Part shown: positions 1 to 10,354 of the stretch, in pieces | Position numbering within the stretch: position 1 is the stretch's first letter | Layout: every line of letters begins with the position of its first letter | NCBI GenBank assembly: GCA_019058315.1 | Contig: JAHPZH010000002.1 | Span: forward strand, 800,001-864,000 | Direction of reading: 5' to 3' | DNA length: 64,000 nt | Source: Candidatus Helarchaeota archaeon | GTDB lineage: Archaea > Asgardarchaeota > Lokiarchaeia > Helarchaeales > RDOG01 | Position numbers and translations under genes: made by a program | Notes under the pieces: model-generated | What the model was told of the DNA's origin: nothing | Databases searched by the model: none | The model's input: the letters and a program-made list of their open reading frames with translations, nothing else

Positions 1-1
1 C

Positions 2-373
2 GCAGCACTTGGGAAAGCTAAATGTATGAGTGAAGAAGAGGGATTCTTAATGATAAATACAGATGAACAAACAGAGGAGATACTAGGAGCATCTTGTATT
101 GGTGTTTCAGCGCCCGAATTAATTTCAGAAATAGCACTTGCGATGAAAAATGGATTAACAATACTTGATATAACAAATACAATCCATAGTCATCCAACAG
201 TATCAGAAATGGTAAAGGAAGCAGCGGCGGATGTTTATGGACTAGCAATACATCGAATAAAACCCCGTATTAAACAAAAAATTGACTTGAAAGAGGATAT
301 GATCCAAAAATTCGCTAAGAGTGAAAAATTGAAAAAACATGGTCTTATTACATTGGAAATACCTGTTATATAA
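2..373 (+). CDS. lpdA: Dihydrolipoamide dehydrogenase, C-terminal part (5' truncated by the window edge)
   Basis: Frame open from the window start (AALGKAKCMSEEEGF...). ILGAxxIGxxAxELI and IHSHPTVSE dimerisation/active-site motif present. Confidence 0.85.
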   Translation, partial: AALGKAKCMSEEEGFLMINTDEQTEEILGASCIGVSAPELISEIALAMKNGLTILDITNTIHSHPTVSEMVKEAAADVYGLAIHRIKPRIKQKIDLKEDMIQKFAKSEKLKKHGLITLEIPVI

Positions 374-407
374 TGAATATTTCTATAATTACCAAGGACT
401 GCCATAA

Positions 408-1031
408 TTATCTTAATTTTGGATATAACATTGGCACGTTTTTTTTATACTCCTCATAATCTTTACCAAATTCTTTAATTAATTCTCTCTCCTCCTTCCA
501 AGCTGTTAAATAATTATATAAAATGATTAGAGGAGTAGAGAGTAAAGAAAACAATGATGATAATAAAATAGAAATGCCCAGATGGGATAAGATAGCACCA
601 AAATACTGAGGATGTCTTATAAATGAATATATACCTGTCGTAACTACCTTTTCTGCCTTATGGGTTTCTGATACCTCTAAGGTGGTTTCTTTAACACCAA
701 CTATTCCAAACCAAGCACCCAATAAGATTATTGGAATTGAAATAATAAGATGAACTAAAGGAATAGAATAATTTATGAATGGTATTATTATTATCAAATC
801 TTGAAAAATAGGAACAGTAAATTTTGGTTGGGGTGAAATCCAAATACCAAATAAAAAAATAAAAAAACCCCATCCCGAAGCCATGCCAAGAATTTTAGTA
901 ATTTTATCTCCCTTCTCTAAACCATATTTTTTTTGAAATTTTAAATGCTCAACTGATAAAAAGTGAATTGGTAATATTAAGAATATTCCAATAAGAAAAA
1001 TAAAAAACCAAATCCATTCCAATACTTTCAC
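408..1031 (-). CDS. Isoprenylcysteine carboxyl methyltransferase / PEMT-family membrane methyltransferase
   Basis: Hydrophobic protein with VVTTGIYSFIRHPQY and EERELxxxFGxxYxxYxxxVP motifs. Confidence 0.85.
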   Translation of the reverse strand: MKVLEWIWFFIFLIGIFLILPIHFLSVEHLKFQKKYGLEKGDKITKILGMASGWGFFIFLFGIWISPQPKFTVPIFQDLIIIIPFINYSIPLVHLIISIPIILLGAWFGIVGVKETTLEVSETHKAEKVVTTGIYSFIRHPQYFGAILSHLGISILLSSLFSLLSTPLIILYNYLTAWKEERELIKEFGKDYEEYKKNVPMLYPKLR

Positions 1032-1185
1032 CCACTAAAAACACAATTAATGAAGGAAAATTTATCTTTATTGGTTTAATTCTTCAAAAAATTATGCTTC
1101 TTTTATAGTTACATATTCAGTTGTTTTTTTTTTGTTTGAAATTGTTTAATATGTTAAATATTAATACGGTGCATTTATTACAGAA

Positions 1186-1347
1186 TTATGATATTTTTTG
1201 GAATCTATCCTTACCTACACCACATACCGGACATAACCAGTCATTGGGAAGATCCTCAAAGGGTGTTCCAAGGGCTATACCTTGAGTATCATCGCCAATC
1301 TCTGGATCATAAATATAACCACATTCTATACATTCATACTTATCCAT
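1186..1347 (-). CDS. Rubredoxin (53 aa; below the ORF-track cutoff)
   Basis: Manual translation [53 protein letters not shown]: two CxxCG knuckles plus YxYDP and FEDLPxDW. Confidence 0.97.
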   Translation of the reverse strand: MDKYECIECGYIYDPEIGDDTQGIALGTPFEDLPNDWLCPVCGVGKDRFQKIS

Positions 1348-1465
1348 AATTATTCACCAATTTTTTCAAATCGATGATCTATAAATATGAATATTCGATT
1401 AAAGTAATATCGATCGTTTTTTTTTAATTTTTACTTAAAATATAGAGCTTAAAGAGGAGCTTACT

Positions 1466-3127
1466 ATGATTAAAGATATTTTTACGTTTATAGTCGGAGG
1501 TAAAGCTGGTGAAGGAATCAGAAAAGCTGGTGCGGTTGCAGGAAAGATTTTTTCAAAGAAAAGACGTTATATTTTTATTATGGATGATTATCCGAGTCTT
1601 ATCAGAGGAGGTCACAATTTCTCCGTTGTCAGTACCTCTGTTAGGAAAGTTTCAAGCCATTATATGAAAGCTGACTTAATAGTTGCTCTAGATAAAAGAA
1701 GCTATGATAATCATATTAAAAATCTTTCAGACCAAGGTATTATTGTATATAATTCTGATGATGAATTAAAAGATGTTAAAGGCGTTGGTGTACCGTTAAA
1801 ATCCAACGCAAAAAAATATCCATTCAAAGATTTGATTCTAGGTGTCGGTGCAGTTGCAATCCTTGCAGCTGCGATAGGTATTGATAAAAATGAATTAGGA
1901 AAAATAATTAAAGATCAATATCCCACTGGTATTGAGGATAATATAGAATATGCTATTACAATATATGATATAGTTCATCCTGAAATTGGAGGGAAATATC
2001 AACTCGAAGAAGGAAATCAAGAATTACCATTTTTTACTGGAAATGAGTTGATTGCCCTTGGTGCGGCAGCAGCAGGATTAGATGTTTATTTTGCTTACCC
2101 TATGACTCCTTCAACATCCATTCTTCATTATTTAGCTTCAAACGATAGGGATCTTGGTATAACTGTTGTACAACCCGAAAATGAAATAGCAGTTATTAAC
2201 ATGGCAATAGGCTCTACTTTTACTGGAGCAAGAACAATGATTGCGAGTAGTGGTGGTGGTTTTGCTCTTATGCAAGAAGCTTTATCTCTTGCAGGCATGG
2301 TTGAATCACCGATTTTATGCATTATTTCATCTAGACCTGGACCATCAACAGGTGTTCCTACTTATACTGAACAAGCTGATCTATTTTTTGCTCTTAATCA
2401 AGGTCATGGAGAATTTCCAAAAATAGTTGCATCACCAGGTTCTGTTGAAGAAACATTTTATCTTACTGCTGAATTACTATATTTGGCTTGGCAGTTTCAA
2501 ACACCGGCATTATTACTTACTGAAAAACACATGTCCGAAAGTAGAATGTCTGTAAAAATCGATCCGGAAAAAGTCAAGTGGGCTGAACCCTTAATGCATA
2601 AAGAAGGAGAATATAAAAGATATATTGACACTAATTCAGGAGTTTCACCTTTATTATTCCCACTGACGAAGAATATAAATAAATGGAATAGTTATGAACA
2701 TGATGAACTTGGGTTTACAACAGAAAATGCTGCCATGATTTCTAAAATGCATATAAAACGAAGAAAAAAGTTGGATAGTATTAAAAAGTTTATGGAAAAA
2801 ATTCATACAGTTAATATATTTGGTGAAAAAGGCCCTGTTATCTTTACTTACGGATCTACTACAATGAGTGTATTAGAAGCTTGTAAAGTGGGTGATATTG
2901 AAGCTCAAGTGGTTCAACCAATCTATTTAAGACCATTTCCAATATGGGAACTTGAAAAATTTAAAAATGAACGTACAATATGTGTAGAACTTAATTCATT
3001 TGGGCAACTGGCTACTATTCTTAAAAATGAGATTGGTATTAAACCCATTGAAGTAATTAAGAAATTCGATGGAAGACCTTTTGATCCGATTGAGTTATCA
3101 AAAAGAATAAAGGAGGTAGTCAGATAA
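1466..3127 (+). CDS. korA: 2-oxoacid:ferredoxin oxidoreductase alpha subunit (gamma-alpha fusion)
   Basis: GGxAGEG, DYPSLIRGGHN, YPMTPST, ENEIA, SSGGGFALMQE and RPGPSTGVPT motifs. Substrate specificity cannot be determined. Confidence 0.92.
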   Translation: MIKDIFTFIVGGKAGEGIRKAGAVAGKIFSKKRRYIFIMDDYPSLIRGGHNFSVVSTSVRKVSSHYMKADLIVALDKRSYDNHIKNLSDQGIIVYNSDDELKDVKGVGVPLKSNAKKYPFKDLILGVGAVAILAAAIGIDKNELGKIIKDQYPTGIEDNIEYAITIYDIVHPEIGGKYQLEEGNQELPFFTGNELIALGAAAAGLDVYFAYPMTPSTSILHYLASNDRDLGITVVQPENEIAVINMAIGSTFTGARTMIASSGGGFALMQEALSLAGMVESPILCIISSRPGPSTGVPTYTEQADLFFALNQGHGEFPKIVASPGSVEETFYLTAELLYLAWQFQTPALLLTEKHMSESRMSVKIDPEKVKWAEPLMHKEGEYKRYIDTNSGVSPLLFPLTKNINKWNSYEHDELGFTTENAAMISKMHIKRRKKLDSIKKFMEKIHTVNIFGEKGPVIFTYGSTTMSVLEACKVGDIEAQVVQPIYLRPFPIWELEKFKNERTICVELNSFGQLATILKNEIGIKPIEVIKKFDGRPFDPIELSKRIKEVVR

Positions 3128-3963
3128 TGGAAAGTTTAGGAACTTATGTGGAAAATACTTGGTGTCCAGGTTGTGGAAACTTTGGGATTCTTAATGCTTT
3201 TAAAAAAGCAGTTATAGCTCTAGAAAACAAGGGAATATCAAAAGAAAAGATCATAATTTCAGCCGGAATTGGATGTCACGCTAAAATATTTGATTATTTA
3301 AATTTAAGTGGACTATATTCTATTCATGGTCGGTCTATGGCGACAATTCAGGGAATAAAACTTGCGAATCCGGATCTTAAAGTTGTTGCTTTTGCTGGTG
3401 ATGGAGATGCTTTTGGTGAAGGTATAGCACATATGATATTTGCAGCAAAAAGAAATGCTGATATAACTGTTATTGTTCACGATAATGGGCGTTATAGCTT
3501 AACAACAGGACAATATACCCCATTAACTGAAAAAGGGTATAAAGGACCTTCAACACCTAGAGGTACAGTAGAGGATCCTCTTAACCCTTTATCGCTCCTC
3601 ATAGAAGCTGGTGCGACTTTTGTGGCCAGAGGATATTCGGGAAAAATACAACATCTTACTGATTTAATAACTCAAGCAATAGAGCATGAAGGATTTTCGT
3701 TTATTAATGTACTTCAACCATGTATTACGTACAATAATACGTATAAGAAATATAATAAACTAGTTGAGATATTAGATGAAACTCCTGCCACTATAGAGGA
3801 AGCTATTGCAATTTCTAAAAGAAAAGATACATTACCAATTGGAATTATATACAAAACTAAAAAGACATCATTTCATAAAAGATTATACGGGGATTATAAT
3901 CCTGTTTTAAATCGTATGTCCCGAGAGGTTAAGTTAAAAACAATACTAAAGTTACTAAAATAA
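3127..3963 (+). CDS. korB: 2-oxoacid:ferredoxin oxidoreductase beta subunit (TPP-binding)
   Basis: WCPGCG, GIGC, HGR, GDGD...DN TPP motif and QPC. TAATG coupling to the alpha gene. Confidence 0.93.
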   Translation: MESLGTYVENTWCPGCGNFGILNAFKKAVIALENKGISKEKIIISAGIGCHAKIFDYLNLSGLYSIHGRSMATIQGIKLANPDLKVVAFAGDGDAFGEGIAHMIFAAKRNADITVIVHDNGRYSLTTGQYTPLTEKGYKGPSTPRGTVEDPLNPLSLLIEAGATFVARGYSGKIQHLTDLITQAIEHEGFSFINVLQPCITYNNTYKKYNKLVEILDETPATIEEAIAISKRKDTLPIGIIYKTKKTSFHKRLYGDYNPVLNRMSREVKLKTILKLLK

Positions 3964-4029
3964 GTATTTTCAAATCAAAATTTATTATTTTTTTATTATT
4001 TTGTTCTATAAAAATTACTCTTTTATAAT

Positions 4030-5094
4030 CTAGAGCCATTTCTTCTTTTTAAAATATATAAGCATTGAAATTGCTATAATTAATAACAGAATCAATATCA
4101 TGGGATAGCCTAAATCCCAGTTAAGTTCCGGCATATTAATAAAATTCATCCCATAAAGGCTTGTTATAAAAGTTAAAGGGATAAATATCGTTGCTATAAT
4201 AGTTAAAACCTTCATAATCTCGTTCATTCTGTTGCTTACACTAGAAAGATAAATATCAAGCATATTTGATAGCATATCTCGATAAATCTCTATTGTATCT
4301 ACAATTTGAATAATATGGTCATAAATATCTCTGTAATAGATTTCTGTATGTTCATGAATTAAAGGTGATTCTCTCCTTAATAAACGATTTATAATTTCTC
4401 TTAATGGCCAAATTGATTTTCTTAAGGTAATAAAATTATTCTTCAAATTATAGATTTCATTTAATGTTTTAGTAGTTGGCTTTTCTATCAACTCAACTTC
4501 TAAAATTTCTATTCTTTCTCCGAGTTTTTCCAATTTTTCAAAATAATCATCTATTATTATATCTAATAAAGAGTAGACAAGATAATCAGATTTCATCTTT
4601 CTAATTTGGCCCATTGCAGCTTGAATCCTCTCTGCAATAGGTATGAAAATTTCACTTTCTTTTTCTTTAAATGAAATTACTAAATTCGATCCAAAAATTA
4701 TACTAATTTGCTCTGTACTAAGTTCATTGGTGTTTTTCTCAAATTCTATCAGTTTTAAAATTATACAGATATAATTATCGAATAACTCAATTTTAGGTCG
4801 TTGGTTTACATTTAATATATCTTCTAGAACTAGTGGATGGATTTTATAAAATGAGCCGATTTTAGCAATTATTCCTAATTGTTGAAAGCCATCGATATTA
4901 ATCCAAGAAATTGATTTTTCATCTATAATAGTTGAATAGTCTTCTGGTGATTTTATTTCTTCTTCTAGAATTTTTTGTTCATTATATTTGATAAGATTGA
5001 TTTTTGTTGGTACTTCTATTCTTTCACCCGTATATTCCAAAGTACCTGGAAGAGAACTTGATTTTTTTTTTCTTCTTTTAAAAATATGGGACAT
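4030..5094 (-). CDS. corA: Magnesium/cobalt transporter CorA
   Basis: HPLVLEDI, QRPK, YYRDIYDH, MNEIMKVLT and the YGMNF signature. Confidence 0.96.
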   Translation of the reverse strand: MSHIFKRRKKKSSSLPGTLEYTGERIEVPTKINLIKYNEQKILEEEIKSPEDYSTIIDEKSISWINIDGFQQLGIIAKIGSFYKIHPLVLEDILNVNQRPKIELFDNYICIILKLIEFEKNTNELSTEQISIIFGSNLVISFKEKESEIFIPIAERIQAAMGQIRKMKSDYLVYSLLDIIIDDYFEKLEKLGERIEILEVELIEKPTTKTLNEIYNLKNNFITLRKSIWPLREIINRLLRRESPLIHEHTEIYYRDIYDHIIQIVDTIEIYRDMLSNMLDIYLSSVSNRMNEIMKVLTIIATIFIPLTFITSLYGMNFINMPELNWDLGYPMILILLLIIAISMLIYFKKKKWL

Positions 5095-5384
5095 AGTTTA
5101 ACAGCCCTCATTATTTTATAATTTAAAGTTATAACATTATTTATTTTTTAAAATAAAATTATTAAATTTGTATAAAGTAGTTATCAGAAGTTTTTAATCT
5201 GTTCTAAGTATGGATAGCTACCTAATGTTTATTCTTTTAATGGCTAATATTAATTCCCTTCTTTAATATTTTTATCATTTAATCAGTATTATACGAAAAA
5301 AAAGGTATTTTATCAAAATATATTCACTAATTCTTATAAATTTCTTTTCATTTTAAAAAATACAACCTTTGGAGATGAATATTA

Positions 5385-6203
5385 TTGGCTGATATATTAA
5401 TAACAATTCTTGTCATTTGTATTATAGTTGGTTCCTTTTTTTTAATTTGGATTCTTTTAGGGTTTAGAGTCGTCAAAGAATGGGAAAAAGCCCCATTATT
5501 GAAATTTGGTCGATATAAAGGACTTAAAGGTCCAGGATTGATTTGGTATCTTAGAGGAATATTTTCAATACCTATGATTATTTCTACTAGAATTTTAACT
5601 TATACATTTAGAAGTGAGCAGACATTGACAAAGGACAATGTTAGTGTGAGTGTGGATGCAATAATGTATTTCAAGGTAATAGATCCTGAAAGTGTCATAT
5701 TGAAAGTTGAAAATTATATAACAGCAACCCAATGGGCCGCACAAACGACATTGAGAGAAGTTATGGGAAAAGTTGAATTAAACGAGCTCCTAAGTGAAAG
5801 AGATCAAATAAGTAAACATTTACAAGAGATTATCGATGAAAAAACAGAGGCATGGGGCATTAAAGTAACCAGTGTAGAAGTTAGAGACGTGAATTTATCT
5901 CAAAGCTTAATTGATGCAATGGCTAGACAAGCAGAAGCTGAGAGAGAACGTAAAGCAAGGGTTACTTTAGCAACAGCAGAGGCAGAAGCATCATTTAAAA
6001 TGATCGAGGCAGGTAAAAGATATAAGAGTGATCCTATTGCAATGGAGTTAAGATGGATGAACCTTTTATATGAAGCTGCCTCTCAAGGCAAAAGTACAAT
6101 TATCGTAATTCCTGCAAATGTTCCTACTGCAGGAATATCTGCCGTTTTAGGACCTTATGGAATCCAAAAAATAGTTGAAGAACAGCAAAAAAAGAAAGAT
6201 TAA
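5385..6203 (+). CDS. SPFH/band 7 (stomatin-like) protein
   Basis: N-terminal TM, LTKDNVSVSVDA, AQTTLR and MARQAEAERERKA. Confidence 0.93.
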   Translation: MADILITILVICIIVGSFFLIWILLGFRVVKEWEKAPLLKFGRYKGLKGPGLIWYLRGIFSIPMIISTRILTYTFRSEQTLTKDNVSVSVDAIMYFKVIDPESVILKVENYITATQWAAQTTLREVMGKVELNELLSERDQISKHLQEIIDEKTEAWGIKVTSVEVRDVNLSQSLIDAMARQAEAERERKARVTLATAEAEASFKMIEAGKRYKSDPIAMELRWMNLLYEAASQGKSTIIVIPANVPTAGISAVLGPYGIQKIVEEQQKKKD

Positions 6204-6226
6204 GAATTTGAAGAATAATAAAAAAA

Positions 6227-6997
6227 ATGGAATTAAGAATTATGAGAAAATGGTTAATTTTTTTTGGAATTGTACATTGGGCAGTATTCGGATTCTTAAT
6301 TTATTACTTTTTATTTGTTCTGGAGATAAGCTGGGTATGGGTCCTAATCGGAATCTTGATTTATGTTCTATTTTTCATCTTTGTATTAGTAAGGATAATT
6401 AGACATTATTATCATTTTCCAATTCCATCTTTTATGACAAGGATTATTGACAACCCACTTCGCAGAAAATTCGTACAAAAACCAGATCTAATTGCGGAAC
6501 GAATGGGGCTTAAAGATGGAATGACTGTTGTCGAAATTGGACCAGGTAAGGGGTCCTATACAAAAGCTGTAGCAAAAAGAATTCTTCCTAATGGAAAAGT
6601 ATATGCAGTCGATATTTCTGAAAAGGTAATTGAAAATTTGAAAAAAAGAATTGAAAAGGAAGATATTACGAATATAATTCCCAAAATTGATGATGCATAC
6701 AATTTTACCTTTGCTGATGAAAGTGTAGATCGAGTATTTGCAATTGCTTGTTTGCCTGAAATCCCTGAACCAGTTAAAGTTCTTCGTGAATGCCGCCGAA
6801 TTTTAAAACCTGATGGTTTAGTATGTCTCTCTGAATTATTTATAGATCCAGATTATCCTCGTCGTAAAACAGAAAAACGATGGGCAAGTGAAGCCCAATT
6901 GGAGTTAAAACAGGAATTTGGAAATTGGGTTAGTTATCAACTCAATTTTGGAAAAAAATCAAAATCGAATAATGAAAAAATAATCTTAAATGACTGA
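6227..6997 (+). CDS. Class I SAM-dependent methyltransferase with two N-terminal TM helices
   Basis: VVEIGPGKG motif I, VYAVDIS and RILKPDG. Confidence 0.85.
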   Translation: MELRIMRKWLIFFGIVHWAVFGFLIYYFLFVLEISWVWVLIGILIYVLFFIFVLVRIIRHYYHFPIPSFMTRIIDNPLRRKFVQKPDLIAERMGLKDGMTVVEIGPGKGSYTKAVAKRILPNGKVYAVDISEKVIENLKKRIEKEDITNIIPKIDDAYNFTFADESVDRVFAIACLPEIPEPVKVLRECRRILKPDGLVCLSELFIDPDYPRRKTEKRWASEAQLELKQEFGNWVSYQLNFGKKSKSNNEKIILND

Positions 6998-7054
6998 ATA
7001 TTAGGTATTTTAATATTTATTATTTAAAAAAAAGAAGATAATGGAATTTAGGTA

Positions 7055-7579
7055 ATGAAAATGGTAAAAAATTCAATTAGTTTTGATTTTGTGGAAAAAC
7101 AAATTCGAAAGAAGACTTTTGGAATTCTTACCACAATTAGTCCAAAAGGCAGAGCACAATCAACAGGGATTCTATATGGAGTTTCACCACCCAATTCTAA
7201 ATTCTCTCTATATTTGCTTACATCTAAGGATTATAAGAAGGTTGAAAATATCCAAAACAATCCTTATATTTCATTTTTTATTCCATTTCCACATTATTTC
7301 TTGCGTTTTGTCCCTGCATCATATGTTTCTTTTCAGGGAAAGGCTGAAATCATCCCACATGACGATCCTGAAGGATTAAAAGCTTTTAGTCAAAAAAGAA
7401 TTCTTAAGATGAATTTAGAACAAGTCAAGCAACCAGATATGAAAGGAAAACTGGTAATCATTAAACTCAAACCAAATAGAAAACTAATTTGTTATGGTCT
7501 TGGTTTAAGTCTAATGAAAATGCGTAAAGAACCCGAAATTGGTAGTTATACGGTCAATGTTCCCCCAGAAAGACTTTAA
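7055..7579 (+). CDS. Pyridoxamine 5'-phosphate oxidase-like (FMN-binding split barrel) protein
   Basis: GILTTISPKGRAQST, KKVENIQNNPYISF and VSFQGKAEI pattern. Confidence 0.75.
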   Translation: MKMVKNSISFDFVEKQIRKKTFGILTTISPKGRAQSTGILYGVSPPNSKFSLYLLTSKDYKKVENIQNNPYISFFIPFPHYFLRFVPASYVSFQGKAEIIPHDDPEGLKAFSQKRILKMNLEQVKQPDMKGKLVIIKLKPNRKLICYGLGLSLMKMRKEPEIGSYTVNVPPERL

Positions 7580-7606
7580 TCACTCTAAATAGCGGAGGAA
7601 TTTAAT

Positions 7607-8767
7607 ATGTTAACAGAAATATTATTTCTTATCGCCGTTGGCGTAATGACTTTTTCAGTTTACTTTTTTGCTAAAGCCGCACTAAAAACCAGAAAATCAT
7701 TACCTTTAATTTATAAATTTATGATTGGCTTTTTAGTTATTAATGCTTTTACAATCGATTATGCATTTGCATATTTTTTTCTTTATTTAAATTATTTTAC
7801 ACCAGAAATATTCGTAACTTATCGATTCTTTTTTGAAATATTAATGGGTGTCGTTGGTTTCTATATTTTCTTCGACTCTAGGTTCAGAAAAATTAAATAT
7901 AACTATTTAAGTAAATTTCTCATTATTTTATTTGCTGTTGTCATTGGTGAAGCTTATTTAATCTATTTTTCCCAAACCCCCTTTCTTTTTAATGATATCG
8001 ACTTTTTTAAATTATTATTTGACTTTTATAACAATCATCCTATGTTATTCATAATTTTCGGATTACAAAAACTATATTCATTTATAGGTATTGTGATATT
8101 TTCTCTAAATATTTGTTTTATTGTATTAAAAAATAAAATTTATTCATTGAAGGCAAAAATACTTCTCACAATTGGGATTTTAACATTTATAGATATCCTT
8201 TTTACTATTCCAGTATGGGAAGCGTTCACTGGTGAAATCAATTTGGTATATATTCTTTGGATTTTTTGCTATTTCTTCATAATTTTCGCCAGATTAACAA
8301 AAATCAACTTTAAAGCAATTTCAGGAATACATGAAATTTTGATAACCTACAATGATGGAAGATTACTATATAATACAGGAAATGAACAGCTGGATCCTTT
8401 TTTAATAACTGGAGCATTATCTGCAATAATTTGTTTTTTGAAAGAAACTTTGCATAGCAAAAAGAAGGTGCGTTCAATTGATCATCAAGATAAAAAGATT
8501 CTATTCTCATATGGTGAATTCATTATTACAAGTGTAATTACCGATGAAGATACACATATTGTATATAATAAAGTGGAACAACTCACACATGACTTTGAAA
8601 AACAATTTTATGGTGTTTTAAAACATTGGAATGGGGAATTAACCACATTTTCTTCAGCTTGGTTCATTATTGATAATATTTTTCCAGTCAGTGGGTGGAT
8701 GCACAAAAAATCAGTTGAAGAATTCAAGGATAGCATTTTAAATAAAATTAAACAAATTGAAAAATAG
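7607..8767 (+). CDS. ~7-TM membrane protein with C-terminal longin-like cytoplasmic domain
   Basis: About seven hydrophobic segments, then IHEILITYNDGRLLY...LITGALSAI...IDHQDKKILFSYG...HWNGE, which matches the C-terminus of 24007..25629. Confidence 0.65.
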   Translation: MLTEILFLIAVGVMTFSVYFFAKAALKTRKSLPLIYKFMIGFLVINAFTIDYAFAYFFLYLNYFTPEIFVTYRFFFEILMGVVGFYIFFDSRFRKIKYNYLSKFLIILFAVVIGEAYLIYFSQTPFLFNDIDFFKLLFDFYNNHPMLFIIFGLQKLYSFIGIVIFSLNICFIVLKNKIYSLKAKILLTIGILTFIDILFTIPVWEAFTGEINLVYILWIFCYFFIIFARLTKINFKAISGIHEILITYNDGRLLYNTGNEQLDPFLITGALSAIICFLKETLHSKKKVRSIDHQDKKILFSYGEFIITSVITDEDTHIVYNKVEQLTHDFEKQFYGVLKHWNGELTTFSSAWFIIDNIFPVSGWMHKKSVEEFKDSILNKIKQIEK

Positions 8768-8775
8768 TTGGAGAG

Positions 8776-9474
8776 TTGAGATATTTTATGAAGCAGGGAA
8801 TTCTGAATTTTTTTAAAAAAATTCTTAATTACATTGAACCAGAAGGAATACCATTTCCCGGATCGATAATATATAATAAAATTATGCAAAATTTTGATTT
8901 GTATGATTTATTATTGCATAAAATTGCCAAATCTGATTTGATATCTAATATTAAAGGGACAATTCTTGATGTTGGAACTGGTCCGGCATATCTTCCGATT
9001 TATATTACGCAAAATAATCCTGCTTGCAAAGTCATAGGACTTGATGTATCTTCTGGTATGATTCGTTTAGCTTCACAAAATATACAAAAAGCAAACCTTC
9101 TTAATGCTATATATTTAAAGAAAGGAAATGTAAGCAAACTCCCCTTTCCAGACCAATTTTTTGATTTTATTATTAGTACAGGCTCATTCCATCATTGGAA
9201 ATTGCCAATTAATGCTTTTAATGAAATTTATAGAGTTCTTAAGTATAATAGTGAAGCTTGGATTTTTGATGCTATAAACCCACTTCCAAGAGAAGAATTT
9301 TTAGAACTTTGTCAAAGGTTTGGGAAATTAAAAATTATCCTATTTTATCTCCATACATTTTCAGAACCTTTTTATGAACCCCAAAAGATATATCGAATTA
9401 TTCAAAAAAGTAAATTTGAAAAAGGTGAGCTTGAACTTTTTAGTATTCTTTATCGTATTAATTTGTCAAAATAA
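8776..9474 (+). CDS. Class I SAM-dependent methyltransferase (UbiE-like)
   Basis: ILDVGTGP, GLDVS, LPFPDQFFDFIISTGSFHHW and EIYRVLK. Confidence 0.88.
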   Translation: MRYFMKQGILNFFKKILNYIEPEGIPFPGSIIYNKIMQNFDLYDLLLHKIAKSDLISNIKGTILDVGTGPAYLPIYITQNNPACKVIGLDVSSGMIRLASQNIQKANLLNAIYLKKGNVSKLPFPDQFFDFIISTGSFHHWKLPINAFNEIYRVLKYNSEAWIFDAINPLPREEFLELCQRFGKLKIILFYLHTFSEPFYEPQKIYRIIQKSKFEKGELELFSILYRINLSK

Positions 9475-9532
9475 TGAGGCTAATCTGATGTTTATCCTAT
9501 TAATTTGTTTAAATAATGAGGCTAATCTGATG
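9449..9532. repeat. 42-bp tandem duplication spanning a stop codon, SD and start codon
   Basis: 9449-9490 and 9491-9532 differ at only 3 of 42 positions. Confidence 0.9.
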
Positions 9533-10273
9533 TTTTGGTATATTTTTTTCAGCATTATCGGACTTATTATCATTTTGATCTTGATTTTTGGTTATCCTCG
9601 AAAGAAAAATGAAAGAATTCCTTGTATAGAAGGGTTAGATGATCCAGGAGTTACAAAAGCATTTGAAAAAATGACAAAATTTTTACCATTTAAAATGTTA
9701 TATCGAAAAATATTATCTAAATTAAAGAAATTTCAACCAAATGGGCTATTAGTTGATATAGGTTGCGGTTCAGGAAATTTAATAGTAAGAATTGCAGAGA
9801 AATTTCAAAATCTGGAACTATTTGGTGTTGATATATCCGAGGATATTATTCAACTTGCAAAACAGCGGGCACTAGATAAAAGCGTAGATGAAAAAATTGA
9901 ATTTAAAATTGGAACTGCAGAAAGTTTGCCATTTTCAGATCATTCAGTTGACTTTATCATTAGTACACTTTCACTTCATCATTGGTCAGATCCCCTAAAA
10001 GTCATTGAAGAACTTCATCGGGTTCTTAAAAATAATGGCACATTATTAATTTTTGATTTCCGTCGAGATGCACGAAAATTTTTCTATGGTTTATTTACAT
10101 TTGCTACAAAAATCGTAGTTCCTAAAGCGTTAAAAAAAATTAATGAGCCTTTGGGTTCAATTTCAGCGAGTTATACTCCTGATGAAGTAAATGAAATTTT
10201 TTCTCAAACAACATTTCAAAATATTGAGATTCATCCTTACCTTGCTTGGATGTTTATAAACGGAAAAAAATAA
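9530..10273 (+). CDS. Class I SAM-dependent methyltransferase with N-terminal TM (start moved from 9374 to ATG 9530)
   Basis: LVDIGCGSG, GVDIS and LPFSDHSVDFIISTLSLHHW. GAGG precedes ATG 9530; the longer ORF overlaps the upstream gene and reads through the duplication. Confidence 0.85.
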   Translation: MFWYIFFSIIGLIIILILIFGYPRKKNERIPCIEGLDDPGVTKAFEKMTKFLPFKMLYRKILSKLKKFQPNGLLVDIGCGSGNLIVRIAEKFQNLELFGVDISEDIIQLAKQRALDKSVDEKIEFKIGTAESLPFSDHSVDFIISTLSLHHWSDPLKVIEELHRVLKNNGTLLIFDFRRDARKFFYGLFTFATKIVVPKALKKINEPLGSISASYTPDEVNEIFSQTTFQNIEIHPYLAWMFINGKK

Positions 10274-10354
10274 GTGCACATACTTTTTTAAAATATATTT
10301 TAGCATAAAATAACAATAAATGTGCTGGTAAGGATTATTTAATAAAGTGATATT

